A stretch of DNA of 59,712 nt from Chloroflexota bacterium (GTDB taxonomy: Bacteria > Chloroflexota > Anaerolineae > Aggregatilineales > Phototrophicaceae): assembly GCA_039822165.1 (NCBI GenBank), contig JBCBMS010000017.1, positions 1 to 59,712 of the forward strand, written 5' to 3'. Shown one piece after another: positions 36,474 to 45,028 of this stretch. A program made the translations under genes and the position numbers. How positions within the stretch are numbered: the first letter of the stretch is position 1; every line of letters starts with the position of its first letter. The notes under the pieces were generated by a model that saw nothing but the letters and a program-made list of their open reading frames with translations, was not told the origin of the DNA and did no database searches.

Positions 36474-37442
36474 ATGGACGCAAAAACAAGAAACGGCTAC
36501 CTGTTCGCCCTGCTGGCGGTACTGTGTTTTGCCTTTCTCCCGCTGTTCACCAAACTCATTTACCTGCACAGCGACCTGCGCGGTATTGACATCGCCGTGT
36601 GGCGCTTTGGATTGGCTGTGCCCATTCTGTGGGTGTTGCTCACGCTGCGCAGCCGCAGTGGCCAGGACCCACATCAGGATGAACAACTCCCGCGTTTCAA
36701 ACTGATGCTGCTCGGCGTCATACTCGCATCCGGGGCGCTGGCGGCCTTCTACGGCCTCAGCATCGTGGACGCGAGTGTGTATAGCCTGCTGTTCCGCACG
36801 CAGCCGATTCTCGTCCTCGTGCTCAATGCGCTGCTGGGAGAGCGCTTCCCCATGCGCGGCTGGGTTGCGCTGCTGGTGACGACGGTTGGTGTGGTCTTCA
36901 TGGTCGGTGACCCGGAAGCCTTTGCCGCTGCCGTCGCCGCCACAGGAGAATCCAACGTTTACCTGATCGGTATTTTCATCGCGCTCGGCAATGCACTGGC
37001 CATCGCGTTCTACCACATCGGCCAGGAACGTGTGATGACGGCCTTCAGCAACAAGCTCCGTGCCACCGCATGGACAATCTCTGGCACACTGCTGACGGTG
37101 CTGCCCATTGCATTGTTCACGGGGGTGCGCGTGCCACCGAACTGGCCAACATGGGCTGCGCTGGTGGGTATGGGTACCATCGTCACCATCATGCCCATGT
37201 TCGCGCTCTATGAGAGCATCGGTCGCATTGGCTCCTCGCGTGTATCCATCATGGGGGCAATTGAGCCGGTACTGACGGTCATCATGGCGATTGTATTCCT
37301 CAGTGAGCCGATGTTTACGCCGTTGCAGTTGGCAGGCAGTGCGCTCATCCTATCCAGTATTTTCATCCTCAACGCAAACTACATCCACTTCCCGTGGCAG
37401 CGCCAACACAACCGGGGCACCGCTTACGCCTCCGGCGACTGA
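36474..37442 (+). CDS. DMT superfamily (EamA) transporter, paralog of upstream gene
   Basis: Similar N-terminus (TRNGYLFALLAVLCFAFLPLFTKLIY vs TRNGLMFVIAASVGYSLFPIFTKTIY); AAGGA RBS. Confidence 0.75.
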   Translation: MDAKTRNGYLFALLAVLCFAFLPLFTKLIYLHSDLRGIDIAVWRFGLAVPILWVLLTLRSRSGQDPHQDEQLPRFKLMLLGVILASGALAAFYGLSIVDASVYSLLFRTQPILVLVLNALLGERFPMRGWVALLVTTVGVVFMVGDPEAFAAAVAATGESNVYLIGIFIALGNALAIAFYHIGQERVMTAFSNKLRATAWTISGTLLTVLPIALFTGVRVPPNWPTWAALVGMGTIVTIMPMFALYESIGRIGSSRVSIMGAIEPVLTVIMAIVFLSEPMFTPLQLAGSALILSSIFILNANYIHFPWQRQHNRGTAYASGD

Positions 37443-37454
37443 CCGATCCACATA

Positions 37455-37480
37455 GCCCCTCAAAAATGGGGGGCTTTATC
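37455..37480 (+). terminator. hairpin downstream of second EamA gene
   Basis: AGCCCC-tcaaaaat(gg)-GGGGCT + TTAT. Confidence 0.4.
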
Positions 37481-37545
37481 CCCGCTCTTATAGAGTTGCG
37501 CTATAATCTGAAAAACAGAACGTAGATGTAACAGGTCGCAACACC

Positions 37546-38073
37546 ATGAAACGCAAAAAGAAACGCAATGCCGTCAGTCGTATGATGCAGATCTGGCTGA
37601 AAGAAAACGGAAATGGCAAGCTGGCCTATGACCAGTGGATGGAACTGGTGACACTGCCTTTGCTGCCCATGCTGCTGGCCGCTTTGCCAGTGATTGTGCT
37701 ATTCGCGTTCTCGCCGTTGGGGACGTTGAGCATTTTACGTGTGGCACGATACGGGGGCGCTGTGATTGTGATCGTGCTGGCTGCAATTGTGGGGGCGCTG
37801 GTGGTGCGGGGTATCCGGCTGTCGCGGCTGCCGGTTCACCAGGCACAGCTTTACGCCGGGGCCGATTCCGATCTGTTCTCGCGCTTTTCACGAACGTTCG
37901 TGATGTATACCCGCAACGGTGACCCCATTGAGTTCAACAGCATGCTGCGCGGCAAGCCCGATCTGGTACCGGATGAGCCATACGTGGTGCATTTTCTGGA
38001 AGATGAAGAACGCCGCACACTCGTCAGCTATGGCATTGCCAGCCACCCCAACGCCGGTGAGTGGAAGAGCTAA
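37546..38073 (+). CDS. hypothetical membrane protein
   Basis: 175 aa, basic N-terminus, two TM helices. Confidence 0.5.
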   Translation: MKRKKKRNAVSRMMQIWLKENGNGKLAYDQWMELVTLPLLPMLLAALPVIVLFAFSPLGTLSILRVARYGGAVIVIVLAAIVGALVVRGIRLSRLPVHQAQLYAGADSDLFSRFSRTFVMYTRNGDPIEFNSMLRGKPDLVPDEPYVVHFLEDEERRTLVSYGIASHPNAGEWKS

Positions 38074-38324
38074 ACGGCCACTGGCTGCAAAATCGCCTCA
38101 AACTGGCGCGGGTTAATCTGGCGGGCAATGTCGCTATCCGGCGCGAACCGGCGATACTCCTGTACCGCCTGTATCAGCAGCATTACCACGTCATGATCCA
38201 TCGGCGTTAGCCCGTGGCGGACGGTGACGGCGGTGTGTATGTCAATGCCGTGCGGGATGAGCGCGTTCAGCGTGATTTCCGGGAGGTAAAGGGTGTTGTT
38301 GGTAATGTAAGGTGCGTAGTTCAT
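38070..38324 (-). CDS. hypothetical small protein (convergent, 4-nt overlap)
   Basis: 84-aa ORF only. Confidence 0.3.
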   Translation of the reverse strand: MNYAPYITNNTLYLPEITLNALIPHGIDIHTAVTVRHGLTPMDHDVVMLLIQAVQEYRRFAPDSDIARQINPRQFEAILQPVAV

Positions 38325-38551
38325 GGGTCTTTGCCTGCTTGAATGAAAACTGTTCCATGCAAAGCAGTGTACCCCGGTTTTCGTACATTAAACTGTATAA
38401 ATTCATTAAAAGAATATCAAAAATGTAAAGTATGGTGGCCTGTAACAAACCGGTTGAACTGGTAAGAAGATACTTACCTGACGCAATAAAACGATAGATT
38501 CCAGGTAAAATAAACTCACCAATCATCAAGCAGCTATTATGTGACAGTGCC

Positions 38552-39295
38552 GTGAATCTCATTGACGCGATACTCAAATCCTATGTTGTTTTACGCCGCC
38601 AGGGCCACCCCCCGCTGGAAGCCCTTGAGAAACTGCGCCCGCGCATAGAAGGTATGAGCGCCCGCGACAAGGGCCGCATTGTAGCCGGGGTGCGCTACTA
38701 CGAACAGCAGGTGAAAAAACGCCGCGCGGCTATCGCCGGGCGTGGCACGGCCACCACGACTACCACTACAAAAACTGCTACCAGTGGAACCCCGTCCATC
38801 TGCGAGAACTGCGGCACGCTAAACTGGAACAACCAGGCGCAGTGCCGCAAGTGTGGCGCCCCGCTTATCTCTCGTCAGGCAGGTTCCCGGATGATGACGC
38901 GCCGCCTCGGCAACGAAGACAACCAGCGCAGCGAAGAGTTCCGACCGGATACCACGCTGATTTTGCGCATGCCGGAGCAAAAAGCCGTGATAGAACTGTG
39001 CCCACAGGACTTTGACCGTAGCCTCATCTTCGGGCGGTTCGATCAGTCCGGCGGCATTATACCGGATGTGGATTTAGAGGAATATGGTGGGGCAGAACGC
39101 GGTGTTTCGCGGTTGCATATGGCGCTCGCCTATGACGCCCGTCGCAACCACCTGAGCGTGAAAGACATGGGCAGTGCCAACGGCGTCATCGTCAATGGGC
39201 GTCGCCTGCCATCGTTCGATACCCACATCCTGCGCAGCGGTGACCGGATCGAACTCGGCAACTTCCTTATTCAGATTGTCTACGCCCACAATTAA
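38552..39295 (+). CDS. FHA domain protein with N-terminal zinc-ribbon
   Basis: CENCGTLNW...CRKCGAP zinc ribbon; C-terminal FHA (GR...VSRLHMAL...NGVIVNGRRL). Confidence 0.75.
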   Translation: MNLIDAILKSYVVLRRQGHPPLEALEKLRPRIEGMSARDKGRIVAGVRYYEQQVKKRRAAIAGRGTATTTTTTKTATSGTPSICENCGTLNWNNQAQCRKCGAPLISRQAGSRMMTRRLGNEDNQRSEEFRPDTTLILRMPEQKAVIELCPQDFDRSLIFGRFDQSGGIIPDVDLEEYGGAERGVSRLHMALAYDARRNHLSVKDMGSANGVIVNGRRLPSFDTHILRSGDRIELGNFLIQIVYAHN

Positions 39296-39345
39296 GTGCG
39301 AGGGGCACAGCACTGACAAATCGTCAATGCTATGCCCGTCAGGGT

Positions 39346-40782
39346 CTACAGCCCGAACGTGTCACGAACCTTCGTGTACACCTTGAAGCCCGTGCTGTTC
39401 AGCAAGCGCTCCACCTTCATCTTACTGGCAAAGTTCGCAGAGATCTGGCCATACGTCGGGTAGGAGTGGATGGTATTGGAGAGATCACCCACGCCGCCGC
39501 CGTTCTGCATCACCATGGCGTACTCGTTAATTGTCTCGCCAGCGCGCTTGCTCACCACGGTCACGCCAAGCAGCTTGCCGTCCTGGTGAATGATCTTCAC
39601 GAAGCCATCCATATCGTCCTCGGCCTGGGCGCGGTCGCCCTCTTCCATACTGAAGATGCGCGCCTCAAAGTTGCCCTTGCCCAGTTTTTCCTCGGCCATC
39701 GGCTCCGTCAGGCCCACATGGGCAATCTCCGGCTCTGTGAACGTTGTCCACGGCAGCACCTCGGTCGTACCCTTGCTGCTGCCCGGCAGCAGCGCATTAC
39801 GTGCGGCAATGCTCCCCTGGAACCCGGCGTAGTGCGTAAACTGCATGCCGCCAGTCACATCCCCGGCTGCGTAGATGTGTTCCTGGCTGGTGCGCAGGTT
39901 CTCATCCACCTGGATGCCGCGCGGGGTGTACTTCACGCCTGCCGCTTCCAGGTTCATACCGTTTACATGCGGGCGGCGTCCGGTCGCTACCAGCAGCATA
40001 TCAGCGGCAACGCGCTGCTCACCCACATACACACAGATTTTATCGCCCTCTTGCACCACCTTCGTCACATGGCCCATGGCAAACGCAATGCCCTCGGCCT
40101 CGAAGACCTTCTTCATGTGTTCGGCCACTTCCGGGTCATCGTTCATCATGATTTTTTCCGTGACGACCGTGACTTTCGCGCCCAGCCGCGAGTACGCCTG
40201 CGACATTTCCATGCCGATGGGGCCACCACCGACGGTAACCAGGCTCTCCGGCAGTTCCTTATTATCGAAGAACGTCAGGTTGGTGTGGTAGTCCACCGTG
40301 TCAAGGCCCTCAATCGGTGGTACAAACGGCGATGCACCGGTCGCGATGACAAATTTATTGCCGCTGATGCTCTTTTCGCCAGCGTCGTCGTTCAGGGTGA
40401 TGTTGATGGTGTGGGTGTCGGTGAATTCTGCCGTGCCAAGGATGACATCCACGCCACGACTGCCGATTTCTTCTGGCGTTTCGTGTTCATACACGCGGCT
40501 GATGGTGTCATGCACGTAGTCGTGGACTTTCTGCATATCCACGTCATTGACGGCGGCGTTGATGCCGTATTTTGCACCGGCACGGGCTGCGTGGGCCGTT
40601 TTCGCGACGTGCAGCAGTGCCTTGCTGGGCACACAACCGAACCACGTACAGTCACCACCCAGGAACGGGCGCTTTTCTACCAGGGCGGCCTTCAGGCCCA
40701 TCCGGCCTGCAAAACTCGCGGCAACCAGTCCAGCGGAGCCACTGCCAATTACAACGAGATCATAATCATATTCATGGGACAT
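39346..40782 (-). CDS. class I pyridine nucleotide-disulfide oxidoreductase (dihydrolipoyl dehydrogenase / mercuric reductase-like)
   Basis: VVIGSGSAG FAD motif; GGDCTWFGCVPSK redox-active disulfide; C-terminal dimerisation domain. Confidence 0.8.
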   Translation of the reverse strand: MSHEYDYDLVVIGSGSAGLVAASFAGRMGLKAALVEKRPFLGGDCTWFGCVPSKALLHVAKTAHAARAGAKYGINAAVNDVDMQKVHDYVHDTISRVYEHETPEEIGSRGVDVILGTAEFTDTHTINITLNDDAGEKSISGNKFVIATGASPFVPPIEGLDTVDYHTNLTFFDNKELPESLVTVGGGPIGMEMSQAYSRLGAKVTVVTEKIMMNDDPEVAEHMKKVFEAEGIAFAMGHVTKVVQEGDKICVYVGEQRVAADMLLVATGRRPHVNGMNLEAAGVKYTPRGIQVDENLRTSQEHIYAAGDVTGGMQFTHYAGFQGSIAARNALLPGSSKGTTEVLPWTTFTEPEIAHVGLTEPMAEEKLGKGNFEARIFSMEEGDRAQAEDDMDGFVKIIHQDGKLLGVTVVSKRAGETINEYAMVMQNGGGVGDLSNTIHSYPTYGQISANFASKMKVERLLNSTGFKVYTKVRDTFGL

Positions 40783-40959
40783 ATCGTTCCCTCTCCTTTA
40801 GCTAATCCATCTCTGCAACACGTGCAGCAGTCTACAGCCCTATGACGCCACCTTACCGTAGGCTCGCACACATTTCGTTACCAATTTCACGAGTTATTTA
40901 CTTTTCATGCGAAAAATGTATGCCGCAGGGCAGCCGTATGGTGAGCGCAGGTTACGCGC

Positions 40960-42147
40960 ATGTCATCCACGCGGCATAATGCCACAAAAAACAGGCACCC
41001 GCCCATGTTCCACATCCCCTACCTGGATACCAACCCCATCGCACAGGCCGAGTACCGACGGCTGCGCCACACCAATACCCTCTCGCGGGGGCATACGGTG
41101 GTGTTTGCGCTGGTTTACCTGCTGATTGTGCTGGTGGCGTTCTCGCCGTATGTCTACTACATCACGCCGCGGCGCGTTAGCTGGCTGGCGGTGATAGCCA
41201 TTGTCGTGTTCGGGTTTCAGGTCTACGTCACGCTGCGCACGGCAGCCGTGATTACGTCCGTGCCACTGCCACAGACCGAGTTACTGACCATCACGCCGAT
41301 GAGCCGCTGGCGGCTGGTGGTGGGCAAATGGTGGGGCGCGTTCAGAACGGTGTGGGTGTGGCACCTGCTCACGGCAATTCCGAAGGTGGGGTTATCACTG
41401 GGCGTGATGAACTATATGCATTTACAGACAGTGTATACAATGCCAGTGTTCACCAACGGAACTTTGCGACTGCTAGCTTTCCCATACATCTACATCAGCC
41501 ATAACTACCATGCTCGACAGATTTATCCAATGGGATGGATAGTTGTAATTGTAATCTTATTCAGTCTGCATTTTGCGATCTGGGATTCTACAATGTTTGC
41601 GGCTATGGCAACTCTCGTGAGTTCTGCTTACTCCAATACACTATTGACACGCTTGCTTATTTTCCGGGGAGTGTTGTTCGCATTTGTGATCTTATCCAAC
41701 CTGACCATCGGATACATCGACCACAATTATATTCGACAGTACAACATAATTCCCTCGTATCACATTCTCAAACAGAATGAATTTATTGAAGAATGCGTGG
41801 AAATCTTCTACAAAGAATACAGAGATGATTGCGCTAGCTGGTATGTCCATAAACAATACACACGCGCTATGGAGACACACCTCATAGCATCCAACTCATT
41901 TATCGACAACGGCATCATGCTACACGCGAATATGATGCGCCCTATCCCATACAGCAAAGTTTCCAGCAGCCAGTGTTTCTGGCTGGAATTGTGTGAGGGA
42001 ACATATGATCCATGGTGGTATGAAACTCTACGAATAAGTCACCTGCAATTTCTGCTGCGGCACATGGCAAGCGCCGCCTACGGGATGTTTCTACACGTGA
42101 TGCTCACGCTGGGGTTTCTGTGGCTGGCGGCGCGGCGGCATCCATAG
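40960..42147 (+). CDS. hypothetical polytopic membrane protein (AT-rich 3' half)
   Basis: 395-aa ORF, multiple TM segments; alternative start 41005. Confidence 0.5.
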   Translation: MSSTRHNATKNRHPPMFHIPYLDTNPIAQAEYRRLRHTNTLSRGHTVVFALVYLLIVLVAFSPYVYYITPRRVSWLAVIAIVVFGFQVYVTLRTAAVITSVPLPQTELLTITPMSRWRLVVGKWWGAFRTVWVWHLLTAIPKVGLSLGVMNYMHLQTVYTMPVFTNGTLRLLAFPYIYISHNYHARQIYPMGWIVVIVILFSLHFAIWDSTMFAAMATLVSSAYSNTLLTRLLIFRGVLFAFVILSNLTIGYIDHNYIRQYNIIPSYHILKQNEFIEECVEIFYKEYRDDCASWYVHKQYTRAMETHLIASNSFIDNGIMLHANMMRPIPYSKVSSSQCFWLELCEGTYDPWWYETLRISHLQFLLRHMASAAYGMFLHVMLTLGFLWLAARRHP

Positions 42148-42169
42148 AGGGTGGTCTGTTACCGGTTCA

Positions 42170-42196
42170 GGCGGACATGCAGAAGCATGTCCCTAC
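42170..42196. repeat. REP unit (GGCGGAC arm ... GTCCCTAC), minus orientation, part of an inverted REP doublet
   Basis: ggcggacatgc-agaa-gcatgtccctac. Confidence 0.6.
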
Positions 42197-42222
42197 AGGT
42201 GTATGGGGTTCACAACAAATGT

Positions 42223-42248
42223 GTAGGGACGGCCTTCTGGCCGTCCGC
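42223..42248. repeat. REP unit (GTAGGGAC ... GTCCGC), plus orientation, partner of 42170..42196 (REPIN-like pair between convergent genes)
   Basis: gtagggacggcc-ttct-ggccgtccgc. Confidence 0.6.
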
Positions 42249-42263
42249 AATAAAAGCCCTGCA

Positions 42264-42911
42264 CTAAATACTGCGTCCGGTTTCTGCTGTGCCGGTAGCG
42301 GTGGCCGCCGGGGTGACGGTGGGCAGTGGCGTGACGGTATCTGTGGGCGGTGTGGTCGCGTCCGGGTCAATTGTCGGCGTCGGTAGCGGGGTGCTGGTTA
42401 CTGTCGGCGTGATCGGCGTCACGGTGGGCAGCGGCGTGGGCGAGATCGTCGGTGACGGAGTGGGAGCCAGCGGCTCAATCGTGTCGTTGCGCATGTAGGC
42501 TTCGTCAATGCGGCGCGTGTCCGTGTTCAGGTCGATGAGGTACCAGTCGGTGTCGCCCACGCGCTCAATCACGCACATAATGCGCCCACCCACCGCAGAG
42601 TCAATCACGGCGGCCTCTACAGACGGTGAGCGGCGCACATTGGCTGTGGGCACACTCACAATCCAGTCCTCGCACGCCGGGATGGGTGTAAATGTGGGGA
42701 ACAATGTGCGGGTGGGGTCGGCTTCCGTGGCGCGGCGCACAGAGGCCGTGGTAGCGACCACTGCCGCCTGCTCTGTTGCTGCATCCACGCCCAGGCCGCC
42801 TGTCGCCAGGTAGGTTTGCAGGCCCAGCCACAGGTAGTAGCTGCCCAGCACGAACGCCACACTCAGCAAAAAGATTAACCACGCCGGGATACCCCGCCTG
42901 CGCCTGTACAC
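42264..42911 (-). CDS. membrane-anchored protein with Pro/Thr-rich C-terminal low-complexity tail
   Basis: N-terminal TM; C-terminal PTPSPTISPTPLPTVTPITPTVTSTPLPTPT. Confidence 0.55.
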   Translation of the reverse strand: MYRRRRGIPAWLIFLLSVAFVLGSYYLWLGLQTYLATGGLGVDAATEQAAVVATTASVRRATEADPTRTLFPTFTPIPACEDWIVSVPTANVRRSPSVEAAVIDSAVGGRIMCVIERVGDTDWYLIDLNTDTRRIDEAYMRNDTIEPLAPTPSPTISPTPLPTVTPITPTVTSTPLPTPTIDPDATTPPTDTVTPLPTVTPAATATGTAETGRSI

Positions 42912-43002
42912 GATACGTTGCCACCAGATAGCTCGCTAAAACCAGTAGCAGTGTTTTAACAGCAAATGTGCGTTTCGTCACCCCACGTCGGGGAATCGTG
43001 GG

Positions 43003-43401
43003 TTAGCCGTTGAGCTGGTCGTGTAGTTGTTTGATGCGCACCAGGCTTTTCACACGCAGCAGCATCAGCGAGTTATTCACCGGCTTGAACAGAATATCGT
43101 CCACACCGGCAGCAATGGCTTTATCAATATCGCGCTGTTCCTGGAAGCCGGTTACCAGCAGCACCGGGACGTGCGCCGTTGCCGGGTCATCTTTTAGCAG
43201 GCGGGTGGTTTCCAGCCCGTCCATGCCGCGCATACTCACATCCATCAAAATCAGATCCGGGGGATCGGCCCGCACAAACTCAATCGCAGATTCACCGCTG
43301 TAAACTGCCTCGGAGTGATACCCGCCGCGTTCCAGGTGTGCCTGCATCACCTCGACAATCAGATCATCATCGTCCACAATCAGTATCGTTTCGTTCGCCA
43401 T
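43003..43401 (-). CDS. stand-alone response regulator receiver (CheY-like)
   Basis: ILIVDDDD...DLILMDVSMRGMDG...LVTG...K pattern. Confidence 0.85.
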   Translation of the reverse strand: MANETILIVDDDDLIVEVMQAHLERGGYHSEAVYSGESAIEFVRADPPDLILMDVSMRGMDGLETTRLLKDDPATAHVPVLLVTGFQEQRDIDKAIAAGVDDILFKPVNNSLMLLRVKSLVRIKQLHDQLNG

Positions 43402-43445
43402 ACGTGCTATCCCAATCCCGGAAAAGGTCTTCCCGAATAACTAAA

Positions 43446-44276
43446 ATGAATGTAACGCAACGTGCGTCTCGTATAAAGTCCTGCACACAATATTCTAGCA
43501 GCATCTACTTTCGATTGTATGTCATCCTTGCGGTTGTGCTACTGCTGGCAGCTTGCAGCAGCAATTCTCGTCCGTCCCTGCTTATTTTCGCGGCATCCTC
43601 ACTCACGGATGCGCTCCCTGCTGTTGGAGCAGCGTTCGCCGCACAGGAACCGGGCGTTTCGCTGGACTACAACTTCGCCGGGTCGTCCACACTCGCCATT
43701 CAAATCACCGAGGGCGCCCCGGCAGATGTATTCCTGAGCGCAAACCCGGCACAGATGGCTGTTGTACAGCAGGCAGGCCGTGTCACCGGGGAACCGGTTG
43801 TGTTTACTGGCAATCGGCTGGTGGTGGCCATCCCGGCAGATAACCCGGCAGCCATTGCGACAATAGATGACCTGGCTGCCGATCAACTGATGCTCATCAC
43901 GGCAGCGGAGGGCGTGCCGGTGCGTACCTACACCGACGCTGTCATAGAAGGGCTGGCCGCAGGTGGCTTCGACGCCGCCGGGTACCACGCCAGTATCGAC
44001 AGTGAAGAAACCAATGTGCGCCAGGTCGTCAGTAAACTTGCGCTCGGCGAGGCCGACGCCGCGATTGTCTATCAATCTGACGTGACGCCGCAAAACCGCG
44101 ACCGCGTAACCGCACTGGACATCATCCCGGCAGAAGTAAACGTTACCGCGACGTACCCCGCCGCTGCCATCGACGGCAGCAACACGGAACTTGCACAGCG
44201 CTACATAGACTTCCTGACGACGGACACCGCACAGGCCATCTTCGCAGAGTGGGGGTTCATCGGTGCAGCGGGGTGA
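43446..44276 (+). CDS. modA: molybdate ABC transporter substrate-binding protein
   Basis: LLIFAASSLTDAL...DVFLSAN...; lipoprotein-like LLLAACSS; start chosen at first ATG not overlapping the response regulator. Confidence 0.75.
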   Translation: MNVTQRASRIKSCTQYSSSIYFRLYVILAVVLLLAACSSNSRPSLLIFAASSLTDALPAVGAAFAAQEPGVSLDYNFAGSSTLAIQITEGAPADVFLSANPAQMAVVQQAGRVTGEPVVFTGNRLVVAIPADNPAAIATIDDLAADQLMLITAAEGVPVRTYTDAVIEGLAAGGFDAAGYHASIDSEETNVRQVVSKLALGEADAAIVYQSDVTPQNRDRVTALDIIPAEVNVTATYPAAAIDGSNTELAQRYIDFLTTDTAQAIFAEWGFIGAAG

Positions 44277-45027
44277 TCGCAGGGGGGCGCTGGTGTGGAT
44301 CGCGGCGATACCGGGCCTGCTGTTGATCGTGCTGCCACTGGCCGGTTTGCTGTGGCGGGCGGTCACGGTACGGGCCTGGGCGGGCATGGCCGCTGATGGC
44401 CTCGGCGTAGCGGTCTGGTTGAGCCTGTACACCACTGCCGCCGCCATTGTCATAACGATTTTGCTGGGAACCCCGCTGGCCTATGCGCTGTCGCGGGACA
44501 TGTTCCCGTATAACCGGGTGGTCAACCTGCTGGTCGAGCTACCCATCGTGCTGCCGCCAGCAGTGGCGGGCCTGGCCCTGCTGATTACCTTCGGGCGGCG
44601 CGGCGTACTGGGAGACGTGGGCGTCTCACTGCCGTTCACGGTGTATGCGGTGGTGCTGGCGCAGGCATTTGTTGCCATGCCATTTTATGTACGCACGGCG
44701 GTGGTCGGGTTTCGTAATGTGCCGCGTATATTAGAAGACGCGGCCCGTGTGGATGGTGCCGATGAGCGGGCAGTGTTCCAGCGAATTGTACTGCCGATGG
44801 CGGGGCGCACCCTGGTGGCCGGGGCTGTGCTGGGCTGGGCACGAGCAATGGGCGAGTTTGGCGCGACGTTAATTTTTGCAGGGAGCCTGCGCGGGCGTAC
44901 ACAGACCATGCCCCTTTACATCTACAGTGTGCTGGAGCGGGATGTGGATGCAGCGGTGTGGGCGGGGGTGTTGCTGCTGGGCGTAGCGTTCGTCGCGCTG
45001 AGTGTGTCTCGCTGGCTTTCCGGTTGA
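44263..45027 (+). CDS. modB: molybdate ABC transporter permease
   Basis: EAA-type permease motif region (EDAARVDGADERAVFQRIVLP), ModB-like. Confidence 0.8.
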   Translation: MQRGDRRGALVWIAAIPGLLLIVLPLAGLLWRAVTVRAWAGMAADGLGVAVWLSLYTTAAAIVITILLGTPLAYALSRDMFPYNRVVNLLVELPIVLPPAVAGLALLITFGRRGVLGDVGVSLPFTVYAVVLAQAFVAMPFYVRTAVVGFRNVPRILEDAARVDGADERAVFQRIVLPMAGRTLVAGAVLGWARAMGEFGATLIFAGSLRGRTQTMPLYIYSVLERDVDAAVWAGVLLLGVAFVALSVSRWLSG

Positions 45028-45028
45028 G

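Noticed and set aside
39466-40845. 459-aa + strand ORF opposite the pyridine nucleotide-disulfide oxidoreductase
   Set aside because: Antisense; the minus-strand protein has canonical FAD and redox-disulfide motifs.
42264-42600. Pro/Thr codon repeats
   Set aside because: Low-complexity PT-rich linker within CDS 42264..42911, not a separate DNA repeat feature.
43179-43445. 5' extension of the modA ORF overlapping the response-regulator gene
   Set aside because: Overlaps a well-supported convergent CDS. ModA-like sequence and the lipoprotein signal begin only after the ATG at 43446.
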